Shown here: one piece after another, positions 17,634 to 25,677 of the stretch
Layout of the letters: each line of letters begins with the position of its first letter
Numbering within the stretch: position 1 is the first letter of the stretch
Assembly (NCBI GenBank): GCA_963695225.1
Contig: OY968762.1
Span: 2,112,001 to 2,176,000 of the forward strand
Length of the DNA: 64,000 nucleotides
DNA from: Vulcanimicrobiota bacterium
GTDB lineage: Bacteria > Vulcanimicrobiota > Vulcanimicrobiia > Vulcanimicrobiales > Vulcanimicrobiaceae
Direction of reading: 5' to 3'
Position numbers and translations under genes: made by a program
Notes under the pieces: model-generated
What the model saw: only the letters and a program-made list of their open reading frames with translations
Database searches by the model: none
What the model was told of the DNA's origin: nothing

Positions 17634-18433
17634 CAGCGCGCGACGCCGGCGCGGGTCGCGGCGTCGCGTGCGATCAGTTCGCGCTCGCGCGTTGCGATGA
17701 GCGGCGGGCCGCTCGCTTCGAACGTCGTGCACGAGAAGTGCGCGGTCTTGCCGGGTGCGGCGCGCTTGTGTTTGAGGACGAGCGCTCGCGCGTCGATGCC
17801 CGCGAGCGTCCCGAAGAGTTGCGGCGTGCCGGCCCAACGGACGCGCGCCGGCTGCAGCGCGATGCGGAGCGAGGCGAAGTAACCTAGTTCGTTGGAAGCG
17901 CGCTCGCCGACGGCGAGGACGAGCGCGTTCGTGCGGTGCGCGAGACCCGCGAGGCGCGTCCAGCCGGCGGCGCTCAGCGCGGCGTGCGGGATCGCGAGGA
18001 TGCCGAAGGCCCCCGAGCGCAGGACGATGTCGGCGGCCCGCGCGATCTCGGCCGGCGTCTCGGCGTTCACGAGGAGGAGCCGCTCGAGCCGGACGCCGGC
18101 TACGGCGAGCGCGGGGGGATAGAGCCGGCCGCCGCCCTCCGTCTCGATCGCGGCGCCGAGCCCGTTCGCGGTCTCCGCCGCGAGCAGGCGCCCCGCGAGC
18201 GCCGAGCGTCCGGAGCCCGGCGGACCTTCGAGCGTCGCGATGATCCCCCGGGGGAAGCCGCCGCCGAGCGCCGCGTCGAGCTCGGGGAGCCCGGTTGCGA
18301 TCGTGCTTCCCGCGGCCGGGACGAACGCCGCCCCGGAGGCCTCGCGATGCCGCCCCCCGAGCGCCGCCCGCAGCCCCTCGAACGCCGCGCGCCGGGCAGC
18401 GGGGTCGGTCGGCCGGAGGGGATCGGAGAGCAT
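17633..18433 (-). CDS. imuA: ImuA, RecA-like mutasome accessory protein
   Basis: TGLPELDAALGGGFPRG, degenerate Walker A GPPGSGRS, LYPPAL..GV.LERLL, LRSGAFG. Confidence 0.85.
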   Translation of the reverse strand: MLSDPLRPTDPAARRAAFEGLRAALGGRHREASGAAFVPAAGSTIATGLPELDAALGGGFPRGIIATLEGPPGSGRSALAGRLLAAETANGLGAAIETEGGGRLYPPALAVAGVRLERLLLVNAETPAEIARAADIVLRSGAFGILAIPHAALSAAGWTRLAGLAHRTNALVLAVGERASNELGYFASLRIALQPARVRWAGTPQLFGTLAGIDARALVLKHKRAAPGKTAHFSCTTFEASGPPLIATRERELIARDAATRAGVAR

Positions 18434-18441
18434 GGGAAGCG

Positions 18442-18470
18442 ATGATAATCGAACAAGTGTTCGATGTCAA
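18442..18470 (-). promoter_or_regulatory. Promoter with LexA box, imuA
   Basis: TTGACA-tcgaacacttgttcgat(17)-TATCAT-8 nt-ATG; palindrome at 18449-18464. Confidence 0.88.
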
Positions 18471-18511
18471 CGGCGAAACCGAAAGCACGCGCCGGCACTC
18501 ATACGGTTGGT

Positions 18512-20038
18512 ATGCACCAGCAGCCGTCGCTCGTGGAATACGGCACCCGCCGGACGCTGATCGTCGTCGGGGTCATGGCCGCGACGCTGCTCCAAGTCCT
18601 CGACGCGACGATCGTGAACGTCGCGCTTCCGACGATCCAGGGGAACCTCGGGGCGACGCTCGACGAGGGCACCTGGATCATCACCGGTTACATCATCGCG
18701 GCCGTCATCGTGATACCGCTGACGCCCTGGCTGCAGATGCGCTTCGGGCGCGCGCAGTATTACGTGGCGGCGATCCTGGGCTTCACCCTGACCTCGGCGC
18801 TCTGCGGCGTCTCGAACTCGCTCTGGGAACTCGTCTTCTTCCGCGTGCTGCAAGGCTTCTGCGGCGGCGGGCTGATCGCAACCGGGCAGGCGATCCTGCG
18901 GGATACGTTTCCGCCCGATCAGATCGGGCGCAGCCAGGCGCTGATCTCGCTTGGGGCCGTCGTGGGCCCGAGCATCGGCCCGACGCTCGGCGGGATCCTC
19001 ACCGACGCCTATTCGTGGAACTGGATCTTCTACATCAACGTCCTGCCCGGATGCCTGGCCGCGTTCCTGATCGCGACGACGCTCCGCAACCCTTCGGAGC
19101 CCCGGAAGGCGACCGTCGACGGCGTCGGGCTCTCGCTTTTGGCCCTGGGGCTCGGGTCGCTGCAGTACGTGCTGAACGAAGGCGAACGTAACGATTGGTT
19201 CAGCGACGATAAGATCGTCGCGCTCAGCCTCACCTCGCTCGCCTCGCTCGCCGCCTTCGTCTGGTGGGAATTGTGCGGCGCGCGTTTCCCGATCGTCGAT
19301 CTGCGCATCTTGCGCAATCGGACGGTGGCGGCGGGCTGCGCGCTCGCGCTCACGCTCGGCTTCAGCCTCTTCGGCGGCATCTTGCTCGCGCCGCAGTTCA
19401 ATCAATCGATCCTCGGCTTCACGGCGACGCTCTCCGGCGAATCGATCTTGATTCGCGCGCTCGCGATCCTCGCCGGGACGCCGCTCACGCTCTTCCTGTT
19501 GGGCCGGCTCAAGGTGAACCCTCGCATCCTGCTCGCCTCCGGCTTCTTGATCGTCGTCGTCTCCTACGTGCTGCAGGCGCAGGTCACGACGTCGACGGCC
19601 GATTTTTGGACGTTCTGGTTCCCGCTTGCGCTCGGCGGATTCGGCTTCTCGCAACTCTTCGTGCCGTTGCTCGTGACCGTGCTCGGCAGCGTGCAGGGTC
19701 TCGACACCGCGAAAGCTTCGGCGCTCGTGAGCCTCTCGCAACAACTCGGCGGCTCGATTTCGACGGCGGCCGTCGTGACCGTGATCGCGCAGCGCAACGC
19801 CTTGCACTACGACACGCTGGCCGAGGCCGTCACGCTCCGCAACCCCGCCGTCACCGGGCTCGTGCAGCAGGGAGCGCAGCTCGGAAGCATCTATCGGCTC
19901 GTCGTGCAGCAGGCGGCGACGCTCGCGTACGCCGACGCGTTCATGATGGTCGGGTTCGTGACGCTGTGCCTGACGCCGTGCGTGCTGTTGCTGCGCTCGC
20001 GGCGCGCGCCGGTCGCGATCCAACTCCCGGCCGAGTAG
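18512..20038 (+). CDS. DHA2 family MFS efflux permease (EmrB-like)
   Basis: LDATIVNVALPTIQGNLGA, WIITGY, RVLQG, GPSIGPTLGG, WNWIFYINV. Confidence 0.93.
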   Translation: MHQQPSLVEYGTRRTLIVVGVMAATLLQVLDATIVNVALPTIQGNLGATLDEGTWIITGYIIAAVIVIPLTPWLQMRFGRAQYYVAAILGFTLTSALCGVSNSLWELVFFRVLQGFCGGGLIATGQAILRDTFPPDQIGRSQALISLGAVVGPSIGPTLGGILTDAYSWNWIFYINVLPGCLAAFLIATTLRNPSEPRKATVDGVGLSLLALGLGSLQYVLNEGERNDWFSDDKIVALSLTSLASLAAFVWWELCGARFPIVDLRILRNRTVAAGCALALTLGFSLFGGILLAPQFNQSILGFTATLSGESILIRALAILAGTPLTLFLLGRLKVNPRILLASGFLIVVVSYVLQAQVTTSTADFWTFWFPLALGGFGFSQLFVPLLVTVLGSVQGLDTAKASALVSLSQQLGGSISTAAVVTVIAQRNALHYDTLAEAVTLRNPAVTGLVQQGAQLGSIYRLVVQQAATLAYADAFMMVGFVTLCLTPCVLLLRSRRAPVAIQLPAE

Positions 20039-20938
20039 GTGCGCCTGGCGTTCGCCCCGCCGTACGAGCGCGCGACCGTACTCGAGTATCTGCGGCGGCG
20101 CGCCGTCCCCGGCGTCGAAGCGGCGCGCGAGAACGCGCGCGACGGCGGAAGCGGCTATGCTCGCGTCGTGCGCCTCGCGCATGGCCCGGTCGTCGTCGAA
20201 CTCGCCGCATTCGGTGCGGATGCGGCGGACTTCGCACTCGAAGGGCTCGACGAACGCGACCGGCTCGAACTCGATGCGAAGCTGCGCGCGCTGCTCGATT
20301 GCGGCGCCGATCCGCAGGCAATCGACGCCGCGCTCGCGTGCGATCCGCTGCTCGCGCCGCTCGTGCGGCGGCGGCCGGGGCTTCGCGTTCCGGGAGCCGT
20401 CGACGGTTTCGAAATAGCGGTGCGCGCGATCCTCGGCCAGCAAGTCTCCGTCGCCGGAGCGCGCACGCTCGCGGGACGGCTCGTCGCGCGCTGCGGCCCG
20501 GCGCTCGCGAATCCGCGCGCCGGCCTGACGCACGCGTTTCCCTCGGCCGCGGAGCTAGCCTCCGCGAATCTCGATGGGCTCGGGCTTACCGGCGCGCGAA
20601 TCCGCGCGCTGCACGGGCTCGCCGGTGCCGTCGCGGGCGGGGCGGTTTCACTCGACCCGGGCGTGGACGCGGCCGCGGCCTGCTCGTTACTGCTCGAACT
20701 CCCCGGGATCGGTCCGTGGACGGCCGCCTACATCGCGATGCGCGCGCTGCGGAACGCCGACGCATTTCCCGCGAGCGACCTGGGCTTGCGCAACGCATTC
20801 GCGCACGCCGGCCTAGCCTCCGATCCGCGCTCGATCGAAGCGCGGTCGCAGGCATGGCGGCCTTGGCGAGCCTACGCGGTGCTGCACCTATGGGCAAGCC
20901 TCGGCGATCGCGGAAACGGCGTAACGACGGCAGTTTAG
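20039..20938 (+). CDS. alkA: DNA-3-methyladenine glycosylase II without Ada domains
   Basis: AlkA_N start (LAFAPPY), DGFEIAVRAILGQQVS, HhH LPGIGPWTA, DAFPASDL, WRPWRAYA. Confidence 0.88.
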   Translation: MRLAFAPPYERATVLEYLRRRAVPGVEAARENARDGGSGYARVVRLAHGPVVVELAAFGADAADFALEGLDERDRLELDAKLRALLDCGADPQAIDAALACDPLLAPLVRRRPGLRVPGAVDGFEIAVRAILGQQVSVAGARTLAGRLVARCGPALANPRAGLTHAFPSAAELASANLDGLGLTGARIRALHGLAGAVAGGAVSLDPGVDAAAACSLLLELPGIGPWTAAYIAMRALRNADAFPASDLGLRNAFAHAGLASDPRSIEARSQAWRPWRAYAVLHLWASLGDRGNGVTTAV

Positions 20939-20958
20939 CGTGCGCCGAGCCGGAAGCG

Positions 20959-21486
20959 CTACGCGGTGACGAGGGCCTTGGCCCATTGCGCGTCGAGATC
21001 TTCCTCGTAGATCGTTCGGGTGTCGACGGCGAGCGCGGCGCCGTCGCGGCGCACCGCGTAACGGTCCATGCTGCGGTCCGGCTTGCCGCGCAACAGCGCT
21101 CCGTCCTGACCGAATTCGGCTTTGTGCTTGGGGCAGATGAAGATGCCGGCCGCTTCGTTCCAGCGCAACGTCTCGGTGGAACGGTGCGGGCAGGCGAGCG
21201 AGAAGGCGTAGACGGAGTGCTGCACGCGCGTGATCACGACGTCGTTCGGTTCGTCGACCAGAACGCCGTCGTCCGCGGGGATCGCATAAAAGAGCACGTC
21301 GCCCTTCGCGCGCGAGGGCGAGACCGTGCCGACCTTCGCGAGCGCAGGGATCGGCGCGCCCGCGCCGAGCACCGACGCGAACGCGGCGAGCGCCGTCGCC
21401 CGCAGGAAAGCGCCGCGATCGGGGTTGCACTTGCCGGCGCAAGGCCGCCGTTCAACGGAATCTGTGGAAGCGTGCCGTTCGTTCAT
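20959..21486 (-). CDS. Exported Rieske [2Fe-2S] protein
   Basis: CPH...CPKH ligands; Tat-like DRGAFL leader. Confidence 0.8.
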   Translation of the reverse strand: MNERHASTDSVERRPCAGKCNPDRGAFLRATALAAFASVLGAGAPIPALAKVGTVSPSRAKGDVLFYAIPADDGVLVDEPNDVVITRVQHSVYAFSLACPHRSTETLRWNEAAGIFICPKHKAEFGQDGALLRGKPDRSMDRYAVRRDGAALAVDTRTIYEEDLDAQWAKALVTA

Positions 21487-21570
21487 GCAGCGAGCATGCC
21501 GCGGCAGCCTGAACGCTCGATGAACGTGCGATGTCATCGTGAGATCGTCGAAGGATGAGCTTTGCCGCGT

Positions 21571-21729
21571 GGCCCGCGTCCGGGTCGGAGCGGGGTTCCT
21601 CCGCGGGGACGCCCGCCGTTTCGCATCCATGCGAAACGGCTACTCGTGCACTTGCCCGCTCCCGCCATCGTGGCTCCGCGGGCAAGCTGCACGCCCCGCG
21701 GAGGAACCCCGCCCCGACCCGGCCGCTAC
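21571..21729. repeat. Palindromic element copy 3 (short variant lacking the 106-bp core)
   Basis: Shares GCGGGGACGCCCGC, TTTCGCATC..TGCGAAA, CCCGCTCCCGCCATC.GTGGCTCCGCGGG.AAGCTGCACGCCCCGC and terminal CTAC with copy 1; has its own terminal inverted repeats. Confidence 0.8.
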
Positions 21730-21755
21730 CGGGCTTCCGTTGGTTGGGCTCGGGG

Positions 21756-22727
21756 TTACGGGATCAGTAAGAGCTTGCCGGTCGTGGCGCGGGCTTCGAG
21801 GTCTAGGTGGGCTTGGGCGGCCGCGGCAAGCGGGTAGCGCCGCTCGACGCGCACCTTTAGCGTGCCCGAGGCGACCGCGGCGAAGATGTCGGCGGCGCGC
21901 CTCGCGAGGTCCGCGGGCTCGGAGACGTGGTTGAACAGCGTGGGCCGCGTGATGAAGAGCGAGCCGTTCGCCGCGAGGCGCTGCAGTTCGAAGGGCGGGA
22001 CGGGGCCGCTCGAAGCTCCGAAGAGGGCCAGCAACCCGCGCGGACGGATCGATTCGAGGCTCCGATCGAACGTGGTCTTCCCGACCGAATCGTACACGAC
22101 GTCGACGCCGCGCCCGCCGGTCAGCTTGCGGACTTCATCTTTGAAATCGACTTCCGTGTAGTTCAGCACGTGATCGGCGCCGGCACTCTTCGAGAGCTCG
22201 GCCTTCGCGCTCGTCGAGACGGTCGTGATGACGGTCGCGCCGCGAGCCTTCGCGAGTTGCGTCAACAAGAGCCCGACGCCGCCCGCGCCGGCGTGCACGA
22301 GTGCGGTGACGCCGGGCTGCAGCCGGAACGTGTCCTCGGCGAGATAATGCGCCGTCATCCCTTGCAGCATGAGCGCCGCCGCGTCGGCAAGGTCGATGTC
22401 TTTCGGAACGTGCACGAGCGCCCTTGCGGGGACCACCGCAAACTCGGCGTAGCTGCCCATCGAGGACGCGTACGCCACGCGATCGCCTGCGGCGAACCCG
22501 GTAACGCCGGGGCCGAGCGCTTCGATCGTTCCCGCCGCCTCCATCCCTGGTGTGAACGGGCGTTGGGCTACGGGGTAGAGACCACTTCGGTGGTAGCAGT
22601 CAATGAAGTTGACGCCGCTCGCGGCGATCTTCACGAGCACCGTTCCGGCGCCGGGCTCCGGCGTCGGCGTCTCGCGGTACTTCATCACGTCGGGGCTGCC
22701 GGGTTGATCGATCAGAATCGCGTGCAT
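21756..22727 (-). CDS. qor: NADPH:quinone oxidoreductase (zeta-crystallin/MDR)
   Basis: GVNFID, PGMEAAG, HAGAGGVG, DVVYDSVG, TTGKLLL. Confidence 0.92.
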   Translation of the reverse strand: MHAILIDQPGSPDVMKYRETPTPEPGAGTVLVKIAASGVNFIDCYHRSGLYPVAQRPFTPGMEAAGTIEALGPGVTGFAAGDRVAYASSMGSYAEFAVVPARALVHVPKDIDLADAAALMLQGMTAHYLAEDTFRLQPGVTALVHAGAGGVGLLLTQLAKARGATVITTVSTSAKAELSKSAGADHVLNYTEVDFKDEVRKLTGGRGVDVVYDSVGKTTFDRSLESIRPRGLLALFGASSGPVPPFELQRLAANGSLFITRPTLFNHVSEPADLARRAADIFAAVASGTLKVRVERRYPLAAAAQAHLDLEARATTGKLLLIP

Positions 22728-22850
22728 GCTCGTTTAAACCGAGCTACGTGCCGAACGGTTCCGTCGCGTGGTGAGGCCGCTTTTTGCGACCGGGGTCACA
22801 CTCGGGGGAGCGAGGCAACGGTCCGCGCAAGGCGTGGTTTACTAGCGGGT

Positions 22851-24137
22851 ATGCTCACGTTGCGCACGACGTTCTCAGACCGCCACGATCTCGTGCGCTA
22901 CCTCGCGGCGGAGTTTCCGTTCGCGCCCGATCGTGGCGGGAGCACGGGGAAGATGCGCGGCGGGCGAAAAGCCGGCCTCGCGCTGCTTGCGGAGATCTCG
23001 CCGGAACGGTATGCGCGGACGCGCACGTTCTTGGGCGGAAACGTCACGTATCTCGGGCCGTATCTTCGGCACGGCTTGCTCGGGCTCGTCGAAGTGCGCG
23101 ATCGCGCGCTCTCTCGCGTTCCGAACGCGGCGCGCGCCGAGGATTTCATGCGCAACCTCGCGTGGCGCGATTATTGGCGGCGGGTCTACGAGTGCCTCGG
23201 CGCAGGCGTGTGGGAAGATGTTGAACCGTACAAGACCGGCTACCGCGCCCGCGACTACGAGTGGGACCTGCCCTGGGACGTGATCTCCGGGAATACGGGC
23301 TACGGGTGCGTCGATGCGTTCCTCCGGGAACTCGTCGATACGGGCTACCTGCACCATCGCGCGCGGACGTGGTTTGCAGCCTGGCTCGTGCACGAACGCC
23401 GCGTCCGCTGGCAGGCGGGCGCGCAGTTCTTCCTCACCCACTTGCTCGACGGCGATCCGGCGAGCAACAACCTCTCGTGGCAGTGGGTCGCGAGCACGTT
23501 TTCGAACAAGCCGTACTTCTTCGGCCGCGAGAATTTCGCACGCTACGGCGGCACGACGTGCGCGGCGTGCGCGCAGGGCCCCGAGGGGTGCCCGTTCGGG
23601 TCGATCCGCGCAGCCGCGAATCCGCAGTTCGGGCGCGTGGTTCCGGCTCTGCTCGAGCGACGCCGGCTCCCAGTCGAGCCCGACCCGCCGCTCGAGCGGA
23701 TCGAACCCGTGCCGCACGCGATCGTGTGGCTCAACGACGACGCGCTCGCGCTCGACGCGCGCCTAGCCGCCGCGGCGCCAGGCGCGCCGCTCGTCTACGT
23801 CTTCGACGAGAAGCGCTTGCGCGAGCTGCGCTGGTCGCTCAAGCGGATCGTTTTCGTCTTCGAGAGCGCGCTCGAAAGCGGTGCGGCGATCCTGCGCGGA
23901 CCGACCGTCCCAACCCTCGCGGAGTTCGCCGCAGCGAACGGGGCGGAACGCGTCGTCACCCGGCGTTCGCCGGACCCCTGGATCAAGAAGTCGATCGAGG
24001 CGAGCCTGCTGCCGGCCCTCACCGTCGAGGCGGAGCCGTTCGTGCAGCTCGAGCGCAGAGTCGACTTACGGAGGTTCGAGCCCTATTGGCGCAGCGCGAA
24101 ATGCTCGCTCGCGGCCAGGGAAGAGGCGGAACGATAG
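22851..24137 (+). CDS. Photolyase-family protein, FAD-binding domain N-terminal and antenna-like domain C-terminal, probable Fe-S cluster
   Basis: VTYLGPYLRHG, LAWRDYW, TGYLHHRARTWFA, HLLDGDPASNNLSWQWVAST; Cys at GCVD and CAAC..CPF; C-terminal IVWLNDDAL, YVFD, KRIVFVFES. Confidence 0.85.
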   Translation: MLTLRTTFSDRHDLVRYLAAEFPFAPDRGGSTGKMRGGRKAGLALLAEISPERYARTRTFLGGNVTYLGPYLRHGLLGLVEVRDRALSRVPNAARAEDFMRNLAWRDYWRRVYECLGAGVWEDVEPYKTGYRARDYEWDLPWDVISGNTGYGCVDAFLRELVDTGYLHHRARTWFAAWLVHERRVRWQAGAQFFLTHLLDGDPASNNLSWQWVASTFSNKPYFFGRENFARYGGTTCAACAQGPEGCPFGSIRAAANPQFGRVVPALLERRRLPVEPDPPLERIEPVPHAIVWLNDDALALDARLAAAAPGAPLVYVFDEKRLRELRWSLKRIVFVFESALESGAAILRGPTVPTLAEFAAANGAERVVTRRSPDPWIKKSIEASLLPALTVEAEPFVQLERRVDLRRFEPYWRSAKCSLAAREEAER

Positions 24138-24209
24138 CGTCGCGAGCGCACCTGCGCTGCGGAACGTTCGGGGGAAGAGAATTCGACGGACCTGGACATC
24201 GCCAAGCGC

Positions 24210-24341
24210 CTAGAGCCGGACTCCCCAGCCAGGGAAGATCTTATTGCTGCGCGGGGTCGGGATGATCGTGCGCCGGTCGTCCCGGGCATTATCGCCGGCG
24301 GGGAGGCGTGCGAGCGGGAGGCTCGCGATCGGGGTCTCCAT
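24210..24341 (-). CDS. Putative 43-aa small protein
   Basis: GAGAGGA RBS and TGcTATGCT extended -10 upstream; METPIASLPL...KIFPGWGVRL. Confidence 0.35.
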   Translation of the reverse strand: METPIASLPLARLPAGDNARDDRRTIIPTPRSNKIFPGWGVRL

Positions 24342-24507
24342 TGCGGTACCGTCCTCTCGACGTCGTGCGTCGTAGTAGTTGGTGCCGAGCAGCATAGCAC
24401 GAAGCCCGCTTCCGGGATGTGAAGTTCGCCGAAAGTCCCAGGTTTGCCTCAGAATGTTCTCAGGCGCACCTATGAGCGCCGGCCGCTCTCGGGTGCGCGC
24501 CCTAGCG

Positions 24508-25677
24508 CTACTTCAGAACGAACGTCGAGGGGTGGGCCGAGCGGACGTATTTCCACTTGCCGCCCGAGACCGTGTAGAAGTACGCGTTGGGGTCGAGCGG
24601 ATCGCCGCCCGGCAAGAACTGCACCGTGCCGACGACCGTATCGTAGGCGTACGGCATCGCGAGCGCGCGCGCGGCAGCGACCCGATCGCCTGCGCCGACG
24701 CGCTTGCAGGCCGCGATCGCCATTTGTGCCGCGGCGTAGGAGAACGTCGAAAGCGGCGTCATCTCGCCGTACTTCGATTCGAAATCGGCGCGGATCCGGA
24801 ACACGGAAGGCGCGAGCGCGAGGGGCGGCATCGACGAGGAGACCGTCAGCCCTTCGGCGTCGGTCCCGTACTTCGCGATCGTCTCGGCATCGAAGAAGCC
24901 CTGGGAGGCGTAGAACGCGCCCTTGTAGCCGGCGGCGCGCAAGGCGGGGACGACCGGGCCCATGTCGCGCACGAGGCCGGCTAGGAAGATCGCGTCGGGG
25001 TCGTGCGCGAGCGTCTCTTTGGCGACCGCCGTGAAATTCGGTTTGTCCCAGGAGAAGCCGAACGCTTTTGCCGGGATCTTGTCCGCGTCCAACTGCTGCT
25101 GCGCGCCGATGGCGACGTCGTAGCCGTAATCGCCGTCTTGGCTGAGGATGACGACCTGCCGCGGTTTCGAAAGCGCCACCAGCGTCTTGGCGGCGAGCCG
25201 CCCCTCGGTGGAATCCTTCGTCGTCAGGCGCCACACGTAGGGGTAGTTGTGCGAAGTGAGGCGATCGAGCGTCGAGGCGGGGATGATGACGGGCATCCCC
25301 GCGAGCGCGTACGTGCGCAGCGCGGTGTCGGTGATCGTGCCGCTGAGGTGGCCGATCACGCACGAGATGCCTTGATCGTCGCAGGCGAACTGCGCGTTCA
25401 CGATCCCCGATGCGAGCTGATTCTGATCGTCGAACGTGCGGATCGCATAGATGCGGTCGAGCGAGCCGCGCCGGCTGTTCGCATCGTCGATCGCGGCGCG
25501 GACGCCGTTGCCGATCTGCTCGCCGAGGCGCACGTCGTTTCCGGTGAACGGAGCGACGACGCCGAGCGTCGTCACGGGCGCCATCGTTTGATCGCCGAAG
25601 AAGGCGCACGCCGGGCGGGCGAGCGCCCCTGCCGCGAGCGCCGTCGCGCCGCCGAGAAACGTGCCGCGCGCGATCAT
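24508..25677 (-). CDS. Branched-chain amino acid ABC transporter substrate-binding protein (LivJ/K family)
   Basis: LGVVAPFTG, FDDQ, VIGHLSG, DYGY; start MIARGTFLGG overlaps the ubiA stop. Confidence 0.88.
   Translation of the reverse strand: MIARGTFLGGATALAAGALARPACAFFGDQTMAPVTTLGVVAPFTGNDVRLGEQIGNGVRAAIDDANSRRGSLDRIYAIRTFDDQNQLASGIVNAQFACDDQGISCVIGHLSGTITDTALRTYALAGMPVIIPASTLDRLTSHNYPYVWRLTTKDSTEGRLAAKTLVALSKPRQVVILSQDGDYGYDVAIGAQQQLDADKIPAKAFGFSWDKPNFTAVAKETLAHDPDAIFLAGLVRDMGPVVPALRAAGYKGAFYASQGFFDAETIAKYGTDAEGLTVSSSMPPLALAPSVFRIRADFESKYGEMTPLSTFSYAAAQMAIAACKRVGAGDRVAAARALAMPYAYDTVVGTVQFLPGGDPLDPNAYFYTVSGGKWKYVRSAHPSTFVLK

Noticed and set aside
22837..22852. SigB-like GTTT...GGGTAT before the photolyase
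   Set aside because: Spacer is only 6 nt and the -10 overlaps the start codon.
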